Below, piece by piece: positions 27,763-39,218 of a stretch of DNA of 64,000 nt. Numbering within the stretch: position 1 is the first letter of the stretch; each line of letters starts with the position of its first letter. Origin of the DNA: a bacterium (GTDB lineage Bacteria; Sysuimicrobiota; Sysuimicrobiia; Sysuimicrobiales; Segetimicrobiaceae); NCBI GenBank assembly GCA_036275835.1, contig DASUDA010000191.1, positions 263-64,262 of the forward strand. The letters are read 5' to 3'. Made by a program: the position numbers and the translations under genes. The notes beneath the pieces were generated by a model. That model saw only the letters and a program-made list of their open reading frames with translations. It was not told where the DNA came from and ran no database searches.

Positions 27763-28134
27763 CTATCGCCGGCGGCCGCCGCGCTTGGCTTCGGTGTTCC
27801 GCTTGAGGTCGAGGAGACGCTCTTCGCTTTCCTTCAAGAACTTGGCCAGTTTGTCTTCGAAAGACGCCTTCGCCTTCGCGCGCGCCTGACGTTCCGCCGG
27901 GTCCAGCGCCTGCTTGACCGAGAGATCGAGCTTGCCTTTCTCATTGTAGCCGAGCACCTTGACCTTGACGCGCTCCTGTTCTTTCAGGTAGTCACGCACG
28001 TCTTTGACATAGGTGTCGGCAATCTCGGAGATGTGAACGAGGCCGCTCTTTCCATCGGGGAGTTCTACGAAAGCGCCGTAGTGGGTGATTTTGACGACGA
28101 CGCCTTCCAAAATCGTACCTGCCTCAAGACTCAT
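27763..28134 (-). CDS. S1 RNA-binding domain protein (YabR/general stress protein 13-like)
   Basis: S1 domain pattern (EGVVVKITHYGAFVEL..GLVHISEI) with a Lys/Arg-rich C-terminal tail. It sits in the position of Firmicute yabR. Confidence 0.8.
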   Translation of the reverse strand: MSLEAGTILEGVVVKITHYGAFVELPDGKSGLVHISEIADTYVKDVRDYLKEQERVKVKVLGYNEKGKLDLSVKQALDPAERQARAKAKASFEDKLAKFLKESEERLLDLKRNTEAKRGGRRR

Positions 28135-28173
28135 GCCCGACTTGCAGTCCCCTCCTGAAAACGATGCCTGCAG

Positions 28174-28202
28174 ATTATATCTTACTCGCCAAAGGGTGTC
28201 AA
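28174..28202 (-). promoter_or_regulatory. Perfect consensus sigma-A promoter on the minus strand (TTGACA, 17-nt spacer, TATAAT) driving the S1-domain gene
   Basis: The reverse complement of 28174-28202 reads TTGACAccctttggcgagtaagaTATAAT. The RBS AGGAGGGG follows before the start at 28134. Confidence 0.6.
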
Positions 28203-28246
28203 GAAATTGAGGGCCTCGAACCTCTCAAACGGCCGCAAAAACGGCG

Positions 28247-28756
28247 CTAGACACGCAGCCACCCGAACAGGTGCTTGAGGAATTCGCGCAGCCGGGCCGC
28301 CCAGTGCGGGGCCCCGGCAGTCTGATGGCGGCGGCCGGCGGGGTCGGAGACCGCGGCGTCTTTGGCGTGCGTCGGGCCGGACGTGGGGGAGCCGGGCGGA
28401 ACGATCAACAGCTCGATCTCGCCGGGCCGGACGAGACCGAGCTGTTCGCGCGCCAGCCGCTCGATGTAGCGGTCGTCTGTCTGAAGCCGGTGGATCTCTT
28501 CCCGGAGACGCTGATTCTCGGCGATGAGATCCCGGCGATGCTGTTCCAATCTCGCGGCCTCCCGCGCCAGGCCGTAGGTGCGGGCGTATTGCACGGACAG
28601 GGCGAAGAGCATCGCCGCCGCGGCGCACGCGACCGCGATTCTGCAGAGGCGCCGCAGAGGATCCGGCGCCGGCCGGTGCCCGCCCGGCGAGGCCGCCGGT
28701 CCCGAGCGGGGGGACTGTGCCGGAGGAGAGGCCGGTGGATCGCCGCCGCGTCTCAC
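28247..28756 (-). CDS. divIC: Septum formation initiator (FtsB/DivIC family)
   Basis: A TM segment (CRIAVACAAAAMLFALSV) is followed by a coiled coil (RLEQHRRDLIAENQRLREEIHRLQ). The start is uncertain. I propose GTG 28756, which overlaps the upstream stop (GTGA). The alternative is ATG 28612. Confidence 0.6.
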   Translation of the reverse strand: MRRGGDPPASPPAQSPRSGPAASPGGHRPAPDPLRRLCRIAVACAAAAMLFALSVQYARTYGLAREAARLEQHRRDLIAENQRLREEIHRLQTDDRYIERLAREQLGLVRPGEIELLIVPPGSPTSGPTHAKDAAVSDPAGRRHQTAGAPHWAARLREFLKHLFGWLRV

Positions 28757-29511
28757 CGGCGGAACATCAGCGCGATCATCCGGGGCGGCAGCGACCAGAG
28801 CCAGGGGAGCGCGAGGGCGCCGAGGCCGATGAGGAGAGCTATTCGGACGCGCGGCCACATGTCAAACGACCGGAGCGCATGGCGCCAGAACGGCGTGAGG
28901 GTCCCCTCCTGCTGGAGGTGGAACCACGCCACCGCGACCTGGCGGAGATACCGAGTGGTTTCGGGAAACGGCGGCACGCCGCCGTGTTGGGCCACTTCGC
29001 CCGCGCCGGCATTGTACGCAGCGACGGCCAGCACTGTGTTTCCTCCAAACTGATCGACGAGGCGGCGGAGATAGACGGTGCCCACTTCGAGGTTTGCGGC
29101 CGGGTCCTCCATGCAGGGCGGCGAGGTCAGCCGGGCGATCGCCGGGGCGCACCTGGACCGATAGCCGATCTCTCGCCAGGTCGCCGGCATCACCTGCATC
29201 AAACCGTAGGCGCCACGCAGCGAGCGGGCGTGTGCGTCGAAGCCGCTTTCGGCCATGACGATCGCGGCGACGAGCGCGGGGTTCAGGCGGTACGCGGAGG
29301 CGGTCTCGTTGATCAGGTCTGCATAGGGAAGGGCGCGCACCGCGCGGGCGACGGCCGCATCACGCGTGAATCGGGCGACGGCCGTCTGGACGTGGGCCGT
29401 TGTCATGTAGGTGACCGTGAGGGCGATAAGGAGGACTACCGCGCAGACAGCGCCGTACACGCCTGTCCAACGCGGCATTCCTCCCGGGCTGCAGCCGGGA
29501 GCCATGATCAC
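28753..29511 (-). CDS. Lytic transglycosylase (SLT domain) with an N-terminal membrane anchor
   Basis: SLT catalytic block AESGFD..S..GA.GLMQVMPAT and a downstream AYNAG. Confidence 0.8.
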   Translation of the reverse strand: MIMAPGCSPGGMPRWTGVYGAVCAVVLLIALTVTYMTTAHVQTAVARFTRDAAVARAVRALPYADLINETASAYRLNPALVAAIVMAESGFDAHARSLRGAYGLMQVMPATWREIGYRSRCAPAIARLTSPPCMEDPAANLEVGTVYLRRLVDQFGGNTVLAVAAYNAGAGEVAQHGGVPPFPETTRYLRQVAVAWFHLQQEGTLTPFWRHALRSFDMWPRVRIALLIGLGALALPWLWSLPPRMIALMFRR

Positions 29512-29558
29512 CTTCCCCTTCTGGATGAGCCGCCCGACTCCTCCCGCCGATCAGGCGT

Positions 29559-30887
<1,329 letters not shown>

Positions 30888-30935
30888 CTAGCGCCTCCAC
30901 GTCTCCGGGATCTGCGGCCAGAAGATGGCCGCAGG

Positions 30936-31190
30936 TCACTCCGGTGGGCTCTCCTCCAGCACCTCGCAGAATCGTTCCGGGTTCTGCCGTGGCGAGTCCG
31001 GAACGGTCAGTACCCGGGCCCGGATGCGCCGGTCCGCCACCTCGACGGTGATGAGGTCGCCCGCCCGCACGGCGGCGGAGGCAGAGGCCGGATGGCCGTT
31101 CAGTGCGACCCGGCCGGCATGGCACAGCCTGTTGGCCAGGGCCCGGCGCCGGACGAGGCGGCTGATCTGGAGGAACTTATCGAGCCGCAC
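30936..31190 (-). CDS. S4 domain RNA-binding protein (YabO/Hsp15-like)
   Basis: MRLDKFLQISRLVRRR S4 motif in an 84-aa protein. It overlaps the mazG 3' end by 14 nt. Confidence 0.75.
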   Translation of the reverse strand: MRLDKFLQISRLVRRRALANRLCHAGRVALNGHPASASAAVRAGDLITVEVADRRIRARVLTVPDSPRQNPERFCEVLEESPPE

Positions 31191-32010
31191 GCCAGAGGGA
31201 ATGGAGTTCGTCGGGCGTGTACTCGCCGAGCCGCCGGCCTGCCTTTCGCGCGGCCGCTTCCAGGCGTGTGAACCGGTCCTTGAATTTTGCGGACGCGGCG
31301 CGCAGCGCCAACTCGCCGTCCAATCCGAGATACCGGGACAGGTTCGCGGCGGTGAACAGGAGATCGCCCAATTCGTCCGCGATGTCCTCCGGAGGGCCGC
31401 TGGCCGCCGCGCGCTCGAGTTCGGTGAGCTCCTCCCGGATCTTGACGATCGCGGCGTGGAGGTCGGGCCAGGTAAACCCGGCCCGGGCGGCCCGGGCCTG
31501 CATGTGCTGCGCGAGCATCAATGCCGGCAGCGTGCGCGCGAGGCCGTCGAGGGCGCTCTGCCCGTCCGCCGCGGCGCCGCCTGTCCCATCCTGGCCGCGG
31601 TGGAGGCTTCCATCATGCGACGCCCGCGCCTGCGCCCGTTCTTCGTCCTTGATCGCATCCCACCGGGCCACGACCCCCTCGGCCCCGCTCACCTGGGCCT
31701 CCCCGAAGACGTGCGGGTGCCGGCGGACAAGTTTCTCTGCGAGGCTGGCGACCACATCGTTGATCGTGAACGCGCCCGCTTCCGCGGCCATCTGCGCATG
31801 AAACACCACCTGGAGCAGCAGATCCCCGAGTTCTTCCCGAAGCCGGTCCGGCGCGCCGTCATCAATGGCCTCCAGAGCCTCGTAGGTCTCTTCCAGGAGA
31901 TACGGGCGCAGAGACGCGTGGGTCTGCTCGCGGTCCCAGGGGCATCCCCCCGGCCCTCGGAGGCGCGCCATGATCGCCACCAATTCATCAAACGTCGGAC
32001 GGTCGCCCAT
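31177..32010 (-). CDS. mazG: Nucleoside triphosphate pyrophosphohydrolase MazG (tandem MazG domains; yabN position)
   Basis: Two EExYE/EELGDLLxQVVFHA-type MazG motifs. I trimmed the 407-aa track ORF to the internal ATG at 32010, because the upstream part is Arg/Ser-rich. Confidence 0.85.
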   Translation of the reverse strand: MGDRPTFDELVAIMARLRGPGGCPWDREQTHASLRPYLLEETYEALEAIDDGAPDRLREELGDLLLQVVFHAQMAAEAGAFTINDVVASLAEKLVRRHPHVFGEAQVSGAEGVVARWDAIKDEERAQARASHDGSLHRGQDGTGGAAADGQSALDGLARTLPALMLAQHMQARAARAGFTWPDLHAAIVKIREELTELERAAASGPPEDIADELGDLLFTAANLSRYLGLDGELALRAASAKFKDRFTRLEAAARKAGRRLGEYTPDELHSLWRAAR

Positions 32011-32080
32011 CTTCTCGGTCTCCTCTCCCCTCTCCGCGTGCCGTGATCCGCTGGGGTGATTGTCGATCCGCGCTCGCCGA

Positions 32081-35000
32081 TCAGCGCGTGCGGTCGGGCC
32101 GGGAGTTCCGCGCCCCCGAGGCGGCCGGCTGATGCGCGTCCGCAGAACTGTCCCCAACGGGTGTCCGGACACGCCCGGCTCCCTCACCCATTCCTGTGGC
32201 CAGCCGGCCGAGGACCTCGCCGAGTAGGCGGACGATCTCCCCGAATCCTCCGCCGGCCGTCTGGATGAGGAGACCGTCCGGCGTCCACCGGGCGCGGTCG
32301 CCTGATCCTGCCAAAAAAGCGCGCACGCGATCGTCCACGCCGTCCGGATCCGCGAGCCGGAGCAGCACGCCACCGCGCTCCCGGGAGATCGCCGCCACAC
32401 CGGCCCGGCGGGCCAGAATGCGCAGCCGGATCACCTCCGCCAGGTTCTGCGCCGGCTCCGGGAGCGGTCCGTACCGATCTCGCAGTTCCGCGATCACAGC
32501 CTCGCCCTCTTCGCTCGTCTGGGCTGCCGCCAGGCGGCGATAGGCGGCCATCCGCTGCGGCGGCGAGGCGATGTATCCTTCCGGCAGATACGCGCCCGCT
32601 TCCAGATTCACCGTCACCTCGGGGACCTCTTCGACGATCTCGCCGCGGACCTCTCGGATCGCCTCATCCAGCAGATGCGTATACAGGTCGAACCCGACGG
32701 CAGCCAGGTGCCCATGTTGTTCCGCCCCGAGCAGGTTCCCGGCTCCGCGGATCTCGAGGTCCCGCATCGCTAGGCGAAGCCCGGAGCCGAGTTCGACAAA
32801 CTCCCGCATGGCGACAAGACGCTGTTCCGCGTCGGGTGTGAGGCGCGCGTGGCGCGGGTAGAGCAGGTAGGCGTAGGCCTGACGGTCGGCGCGCCCGACG
32901 CGGCCGCGGAGCTGGTAGAGCTGGGCGAGTCCGAGCAGGTGGGCATCCTCGATGATGATCGTGTTCACCCGGGGGATATCCAGGCCGATCTCCACGATCG
33001 TCGTGCACACCAGGACGTCGTACCGGCCCCCCAGGAAGTCGAGCATCACCTCTTCCAAGCGCGCCTCGGGCATCTGGCCGTGGGCCACCCCCACGCGCGC
33101 CCCTGGGACCGCCCGCCGGATCCGCTGGGCCGCCCGCTCAATCGTCTCCACCCGATTGTGAACGACGTAGACCTGACCGTCCCGCTCCAGCTCTCTTTGG
33201 ATCGCCTCCTGGATCAGCGCCGGCTCTTCCTCTCGGATGAACGTCCGGATCGGCTGGCGGGCGTCCGGCGGGGTCTCCATCACCGAGAGGTCCCGCAGGC
33301 CGGTGAGGGACATGTGCAGGGTGCGCGGAATCGGGGTGGCGGTCAGCGTCAGCACGTCCACCTGGGTCCGCAGTTTTTTCAGGCGTTCCTTGTGCGCGAC
33401 GCCGAACCGCTGCTCCTCGTCTATGATGACGAGGCCGAGCGCGTGGAACGAGACCGAGGGGCTGAGCAGCGCGTGGGTGCCGATCACGACGTCCACCGCT
33501 CCGGCGCGGAGGGCATCCAGGATCTCCTTCTGTTCCCGGGGCGTGCGAAACCGGCTGAGCATCTCGATGCGAATGGGAAACGCGGCGAACCGCTCGCGGA
33601 ACACCGTGTAGTGCTGCTGCGCGAGGATCGTCGTGGGAACCAGGACGGCGACCTGCTTGCCGTCCATCACCGCTTTGAATGCCGCGCGCAGGGCTACCTC
33701 GGTCTTCCCATAGCCCACGTCCCCGGCGACAAGACGGTCCATCGGACGCGGCGCCTCCATGTCCCGCTTCACGTCGTCGATCGCCTTCCGCTGGTCCGGC
33801 GTCTCCTCGTAGGCGAAGGCTTCTTCCATTTCCCGCTGCCACGGAGTATCGGGAGCGAACGTGTGTCCCCGGACCTGCTCGCGCGACGCGTACAGTTCGA
33901 GCAGGTCCCGCGCCATCTCGCGCGCCCGCTCCTTGACCCGCCGCTTTTCCCGCTCCCACTCCATGCCGCCCAGCCGGTGGATCTGCGGCGTCTGATCGTC
34001 CACGCCGATGTACCGCTGGACGAGGTTGATCTGGTCTGTCGGGACGTACAGCGCGTCTCCCTGCGCGTACTCCAGGTGCAGGTAGTCGCGTTCTCCTCCA
34101 TCGATCGTGAGACGCTCGAGCCCCCGGTACACGCCAATCCCGTGGTTGACGTGTACGACGAGGTCCCCGGGCGCGAGTTCCGTCCAGCTCGCGAGACGGG
34201 CGCTGTCCCGAAGCCACCGCATCTGCCGCCTGCGGCGTTGCCAGCCGAGGATCTCGCTGTCCGTGATCACCACCAGGTCGTCCAGCGTGAATCCCTCGGT
34301 GAGCCCCTGGGGCACGGCCACGACGCTCCCCGGCGCGGGGGGGTCCTGAAGATGCTCCACCACGCCGGCCGCCACCCCGTGCTCGCCGAACAACTCCCCG
34401 ACCCGGTGGGCCTGCCGGCTCGCGACAACGACCCGGCGCCCCGCATCTACCCACTGCCGCAGGTGGCGCGCCAGCGCGTCCGTCTGGCCGGCGAATGACT
34501 CGACCGCTCCAAACGGCATCTCCGCCACCTCACCTCGCGACGGCCGGCGCAGCGCCGACAGCGAAGCGATCCGGTGGGTGGACAGCGCCTGGGCGACCCT
34601 GTCCCAGGGGACGAGGGAAAGCGGCGCCGGGTTCCGGCCCGCCTCAACGGCGCGCCGGTGAATGGCGGCGGCCTGCTGGTACAGCGAGTGCGCCTGCCGG
34701 GCCGTTTCATCCGGCTCGTCGATCACGCAGACCGCGCCTGAAAGGGCGTCCGGGAGCGCGGGTCCGGGCTCCTCCGATCCGGGTCGTTCTGGGGAGGCCG
34801 ACCCCGGCGCGCGGGCGGGCAGAAGCGTGATCTCCGGGATCTGGTCGACGGTGCGCTGGGTGTCCGGGTCGAACACCCGGACTGACTCGATCTCGTCCCC
34901 GACCCATTCGATGCGCACCGGCCGGGTCTCGGTCGAGGGGAAAACGTCGATCAATCCTCCGCGGAGCGCCATCTCCCCGGGAGCGTGGACGAGATCGGTC

Positions 35001-35506
35001 CGTTCGTACCCGCCGGCGGCGAGGCGCGAGACGACCTCTTCGAGTCTCTGGGGCGTTCCCGGGCGCAGATCCACGCGAAGCGCCTCGACGCGGCGGGGGT
35101 CCGGCGGCGGGGACAGGAACCCGGCCGGCGGGGCGATGACGACAACAGAATCCCCCCGGCGGACGTCCTCCAGGAGCCGCTGGCGCATCCCTTCGGTCTC
35201 CACCGACGGAGGATCCTCGGGGTTGAGCGCCTCCCAGGGGGCGAGAAGGTGCACCCGATGCCCGTCGGGCGGGAGGAACGCGGCAAGGTCATCGGCCAGC
35301 TTTTCGGCCTGCTCCCTCCCCGGTGTCAGGATGAGCCAGACCGGGATTTCGTCGCCGCCCTGCGCGACAAGGGCAGCGACCAAGAACGCCTTCGCGGCTC
35401 CGGCGGGACCAACAATCCACGGCCGCCGGCCACTGGTGACGTGCCCGTAAATCGCGAGAAACTCCCGTCTGCGCTGCAGAAGCGGGAGGATACCAGACAA
35501 CGGCAT
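32081..35506 (-). CDS. mfd: Transcription-repair coupling factor Mfd
   Basis: 1141 aa, with UvrB-like N-terminus, RecG-like helicase motifs (GDVGYGKTEVALRAAF, DEEQRFGV) and the TRG/C-terminal regions. Confidence 0.95.
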   Translation of the reverse strand: MPLSGILPLLQRRREFLAIYGHVTSGRRPWIVGPAGAAKAFLVAALVAQGGDEIPVWLILTPGREQAEKLADDLAAFLPPDGHRVHLLAPWEALNPEDPPSVETEGMRQRLLEDVRRGDSVVVIAPPAGFLSPPPDPRRVEALRVDLRPGTPQRLEEVVSRLAAGGYERTDLVHAPGEMALRGGLIDVFPSTETRPVRIEWVGDEIESVRVFDPDTQRTVDQIPEITLLPARAPGSASPERPGSEEPGPALPDALSGAVCVIDEPDETARQAHSLYQQAAAIHRRAVEAGRNPAPLSLVPWDRVAQALSTHRIASLSALRRPSRGEVAEMPFGAVESFAGQTDALARHLRQWVDAGRRVVVASRQAHRVGELFGEHGVAAGVVEHLQDPPAPGSVVAVPQGLTEGFTLDDLVVITDSEILGWQRRRRQMRWLRDSARLASWTELAPGDLVVHVNHGIGVYRGLERLTIDGGERDYLHLEYAQGDALYVPTDQINLVQRYIGVDDQTPQIHRLGGMEWEREKRRVKERAREMARDLLELYASREQVRGHTFAPDTPWQREMEEAFAYEETPDQRKAIDDVKRDMEAPRPMDRLVAGDVGYGKTEVALRAAFKAVMDGKQVAVLVPTTILAQQHYTVFRERFAAFPIRIEMLSRFRTPREQKEILDALRAGAVDVVIGTHALLSPSVSFHALGLVIIDEEQRFGVAHKERLKKLRTQVDVLTLTATPIPRTLHMSLTGLRDLSVMETPPDARQPIRTFIREEEPALIQEAIQRELERDGQVYVVHNRVETIERAAQRIRRAVPGARVGVAHGQMPEARLEEVMLDFLGGRYDVLVCTTIVEIGLDIPRVNTIIIEDAHLLGLAQLYQLRGRVGRADRQAYAYLLYPRHARLTPDAEQRLVAMREFVELGSGLRLAMRDLEIRGAGNLLGAEQHGHLAAVGFDLYTHLLDEAIREVRGEIVEEVPEVTVNLEAGAYLPEGYIASPPQRMAAYRRLAAAQTSEEGEAVIAELRDRYGPLPEPAQNLAEVIRLRILARRAGVAAISRERGGVLLRLADPDGVDDRVRAFLAGSGDRARWTPDGLLIQTAGGGFGEIVRLLGEVLGRLATGMGEGAGRVRTPVGDSSADAHQPAASGARNSRPDRTR

Positions 35507-35562
35507 GGGACAGCCTCCGCCCGACTATTCTACGGGAGCGAGGAAAAATGCGTCAACGAGCG

Positions 35563-37383
35563 CTATCGCTCGCGTGCGATGGGAGGAGTCGGGGTTGTGG
35601 CGCGGCGGCCCCGGTACCAGTTGGTGATCGGCAGCCGCCTATCTTTCCCAAACGCCTTTGGCGTGATCTTGATTCCCGGAGGCGCCTGCCGGCGCTTGTA
35701 CTCGCTGCGGTCGACCATCGTAATGACGCGCGCGACGGTCGCCGGATCGAACCCCTGGGCCACGATCTCCTCAGCCGGCCGGTCGTCCTCGACGTACAGT
35801 TTGAGGATCGGATCCAGTACCTCGTACGGGGGAAGAGTATCCTGGTCGGTCTGGTCTTCGCGCAGTTCCGCGGTCGGCGCACGCGACAGGACCCCGTCGG
35901 GGATCGCCGGTCGACTCCCCCGGGCATTGCGCCACCGGGCAAGGCGATAGACGAGCGTCTTCGGCACGTCTTTGAGGACCGCGAATCCCCCCGCCATGTC
36001 GCCGTACAGGGTGGCGTACCCCACGCTCAGCTCGCTCTTATTCCCGGTCGTCAGGACAAGCCAGCCGAACTTATTGGAAAGGGCCATTAATATATTGCCC
36101 CGCGTCCGAGCCTGCAGGTTCTCCTCGGCCACGTCGCGGGGGCGGCCCGCGAATGCGCTGGTCAGCGTCTCACCGTAGGCTGCGACGACCGTGTCGATCG
36201 GGAGGTCGAGGACGGTAATCCCGAGGGCCCGGGCCACGTCGGCCGCGTAGCGCCGGCTGGCGTCGGACGTGAACCGGGACGGCATCGTCACGCCCCGGAC
36301 GGCATCGGCTCCCAGGGCGTCCGCCGCGATCGCGGCGACGAGCGAGGAGTCCACCCCGCCGCTCAGACCGATGGCGACGGTCCGGAACCCGTTCTTCCGC
36401 ACATAGTCCCGCGTTCCGAGAACGAGCGCCCGGTAGATTTCTTCGACTTCTTCCGGCGGGTCTACGATCTGTCCGTCCGGCAGGGCCGCGCCCATGGCGC
36501 CAGCCGGCTGCGGCGGGGAGACGCTCGCGGGCAGGGGCTCGAGGGGGTGGGGCGAGAGGGTGTAGACGGGGGCGCGCACCCCTTCTCCCTGGAGCGCATC
36601 GGAGGTCCTGATCGGGTTGTACCGGCGGATCCCGCGGATCGCCTCCACGTCCAGATCCGCGACGACCAGGGCCTCCTCGAACGCCGGTCCGCGGGCGACC
36701 ACCCATCCGGCGGGGTCGATGATCACGCCCGTCCCATCGAACACGAGCTCATCCTGGCCGCCGACGAGGTTGTTGTACGCCAGCGCCACCGCGTAGTCGC
36801 GCGCGCGGGTCTTGAGCATCTCCTCCCGCACGCGCCACTTGCCGGCGAAGTAGGGAGAACCGTTGATGTTGATCGCCACGAGGGCACCGGCGAGGGCCTG
36901 CGCCAGGAGAGGTCCGCCCGGCGCCCAGATGTCCTCGCAGATCGTGACACCGACCGGTACGCCGTGAATGATGAACACCGGGCTCTCGGTTCCTGGCTGG
37001 AAGTACCGTTTCTCGTCGAACACCCCGTAGTTCGGAAGCCGCATCTTGTGGTACACACCGGCGATCCGCCCCTCGGCGAGCACCGCCGCGGCGTTGTACA
37101 GGTGGTCGCCGGAGTCGGCAAAACCGACGACCGCCACCGTACGGGTGGCGTGGCGCGCGATCTCGGCCAGGCAGGCCAGGTTCTCCTGGATGAAGTCGGT
37201 CTTGATCAAGAGATCTTCGGGGGGATAGCCCGTGACCGCCAGTTCCGGGAACGAGACGACGTCCGCCCCGAGGGACTGCGCTTCGTCCAGACGTTCGGTG
37301 ATCTTGCGAGTGTTCCCCTCGAAGTCTCCGACGGTCGTATTGATCTGCGCCATCGCGATGCGGAACCGCTGCACCATCGTCAT
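35563..37383 (-). CDS. nadE: Glutamine-dependent NAD+ synthetase (N-terminal CN-hydrolase domain plus NadE)
   Basis: N-terminal nitrilase-like MAQINTTVGDF..E followed by the SGGVDSS PP-loop, in a 606-aa protein. Confidence 0.9.
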   Translation of the reverse strand: MTMVQRFRIAMAQINTTVGDFEGNTRKITERLDEAQSLGADVVSFPELAVTGYPPEDLLIKTDFIQENLACLAEIARHATRTVAVVGFADSGDHLYNAAAVLAEGRIAGVYHKMRLPNYGVFDEKRYFQPGTESPVFIIHGVPVGVTICEDIWAPGGPLLAQALAGALVAININGSPYFAGKWRVREEMLKTRARDYAVALAYNNLVGGQDELVFDGTGVIIDPAGWVVARGPAFEEALVVADLDVEAIRGIRRYNPIRTSDALQGEGVRAPVYTLSPHPLEPLPASVSPPQPAGAMGAALPDGQIVDPPEEVEEIYRALVLGTRDYVRKNGFRTVAIGLSGGVDSSLVAAIAADALGADAVRGVTMPSRFTSDASRRYAADVARALGITVLDLPIDTVVAAYGETLTSAFAGRPRDVAEENLQARTRGNILMALSNKFGWLVLTTGNKSELSVGYATLYGDMAGGFAVLKDVPKTLVYRLARWRNARGSRPAIPDGVLSRAPTAELREDQTDQDTLPPYEVLDPILKLYVEDDRPAEEIVAQGFDPATVARVITMVDRSEYKRRQAPPGIKITPKAFGKDRRLPITNWYRGRRATTPTPPIARER

Positions 37384-37472
37384 CCCTCTCCAGCACTATT
37401 ATACACCGCGCCGCGACCTCTCCGCGGACGGCGGGTCTGCCGGGCGGAGCGGGCGTGGCCGCTGATCCCGGG

Positions 37473-37515
37473 CAAAAACGCGGCGGCCTGCGCGAAAGTC
37501 CGAGCAGGCCGCCGC
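37473..37515 (-). terminator. Intrinsic terminator downstream of glnA (minus strand)
   Basis: Minus-strand RNA: GCGGCGGCCUGC-ucggacuuucgc-GCAGGCCGCCGC followed by GUUUUUG. This is a 12-bp GC stem with a U-tract. Coordinates were verified against the glnA stop and nadE start. Confidence 0.75.
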
Positions 37516-37548
37516 ATACTCGCGGTGGTCGAAGTCTACCTGCTATCC

Positions 37549-38991
37549 TTACACGTCGTAGTAGAGGAAAAACTCATACGGCACCGGTCGGATGTTGACT
37601 TCATGAGCCTCCTTGACCCGCTTGTATTGGATCCACGTCTCCAGCAGGTCCCGCGTGAACACGTCGCCTTCCAGGAGGAACTCGTGGTCGGCCTCCAGCG
37701 CATCCAGGGACGCGGTGAGAGACCCCGGAACGTTCTTGATTCTCGCGGCGTCCTCGGGATCCAGTTCATAGGTGTTCTTGTCGAGCGGCCCGAACCCCGC
37801 CTTGACGGGGTCGATCTTCCGCTTGATGCCGTCCACACCGGCCATCAGCATCGCCGCGAACGCCAGGTAGGGGTTGCAGCTCGAGTCCGGCGGCCGGAAC
37901 TCGATCCGCTTGGCGGAGGCCGACGCCGGCCCGGTGTAGTACACGGGAATTCGTACACAGGCGCTCCGGTTGCGCTGGCTGAACGCGATATTGACCGGCG
38001 CTTCGTAGTGCGGCACGAGCCGCCGGTAGGAGTTCGTGGTCGGCGCGCACAGCCCCATGAGGGCGTCCACGTGCGTGAGCAGTCCCCCGATGTAGTAGAG
38101 CGCGTCCTGGCTGAGTTCCGCGTAGCCCCCCTCGCGATAGAAAAGGTTTTGGCCGTTCTTCCAGATGCTCTGGTGGACGTGCATGCCGGACCCGTTGTCC
38201 CCAAACAGGGGCTTCGGCATGAACGTCACGGTCATCCCATGCCGCCGGGCAACGTTCTTGGTGATGTACTTGTAGCAGAGGAGGTTGTCTGCCATCCGGG
38301 TGAGGGAGGCGTACTTCATGTCGATCTCCGACTGGCCGGCGGTGGCCACCTCATGGTGCTGCATCTCGACCTCGATCCCCCACTTCTCCAGCTCCAGCGT
38401 CATCTCGCTGCGGATGTCCATCAGCGCGTCGGAGGGCGGGGCGGGGAAGTAGCCTTCCTTATTGCGGAGCCTGTACCCCAACCCGGGCTGCCCGGTGTTC
38501 CAGATGCCCTCCTGGGAGTCGATGCTGTATCCCATCCTGTGGGGGAGCACGTCATACTGCACGTTGGTGAAGATGAAGAACTCGGCCTCGGGGCCGAAAT
38601 AACTCACGTCCCCGATCCCCGATGCTTTGAGGTGCGCTTCCGCCTTCTGGGCCACATAGCGGGCGTCGCGGGTATAGGGCCTTCCTGTCACCGGATCGTT
38701 CACGTTGCAGATGACCGTCAGGGTCGGGATCTCCGTGAACGGGTCAGGCCGCGCGGTGGCCGGGTCGGGCATCAAGAGCATGTCGCTCTCCTCGATCGCC
38801 TGGAAGCCCCGGATGCTGCTCCCGTCGAACCCGATCCCGCGCTTAAACGCCTTCTCGTCTATCTGGCTCGCCGGGATCGTGGTGTGCTGCCAGAGCCCCG
38901 GGACGTCCACAAATTTCAGGTCCACCATTTTGATGCCACGGTCCTTGATGTATGCCACCACATCCTGTGCGGTCATCTCTTTGTTGGTCAT
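37549..38991 (-). CDS. glnA: Glutamine synthetase type I
   Basis: 480 aa with classic GSI blocks (DLKFVD..G, GSS..GF, NAYRRL-type region NSYRRLVP, and the adenylylation-region context). Confidence 0.95.
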   Translation of the reverse strand: MTNKEMTAQDVVAYIKDRGIKMVDLKFVDVPGLWQHTTIPASQIDEKAFKRGIGFDGSSIRGFQAIEESDMLLMPDPATARPDPFTEIPTLTVICNVNDPVTGRPYTRDARYVAQKAEAHLKASGIGDVSYFGPEAEFFIFTNVQYDVLPHRMGYSIDSQEGIWNTGQPGLGYRLRNKEGYFPAPPSDALMDIRSEMTLELEKWGIEVEMQHHEVATAGQSEIDMKYASLTRMADNLLCYKYITKNVARRHGMTVTFMPKPLFGDNGSGMHVHQSIWKNGQNLFYREGGYAELSQDALYYIGGLLTHVDALMGLCAPTTNSYRRLVPHYEAPVNIAFSQRNRSACVRIPVYYTGPASASAKRIEFRPPDSSCNPYLAFAAMLMAGVDGIKRKIDPVKAGFGPLDKNTYELDPEDAARIKNVPGSLTASLDALEADHEFLLEGDVFTRDLLETWIQYKRVKEAHEVNIRPVPYEFFLYYDV

Positions 38992-39218
38992 TCCCCCACC
39001 TCCATGCCCCGGCCCGGGACAGGATCTTGGTCATGCGCGGGCACACGAAAACGCCTCCCGAGCACATGCTCGAAAGGCGTCGCGGCCCGAGGTACGGCTC
39101 AGTACCCAGCGATTCTTATACCATGCCGGCGCGATGGAGTCAACAGCACCGCGTCTCACGGGCGCCAGGAGTTTCGCCACGCGCTCTTGTACTCGTTCAC
39201 GGGATCGGGGAAAGCGCG

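Noticed and set aside
38992-39218. GlnR/TnrA-type box for glnA, or a GlpP antiterminator target in the glpK leader.
   Set aside because: I could not find a TGTNA-N7-TNACA box or a clear terminator/antiterminator pair by eye. I noted only a TATACC -10-like hexamer and an ACGCCT...AGGCGT inverted repeat, which are insufficient.
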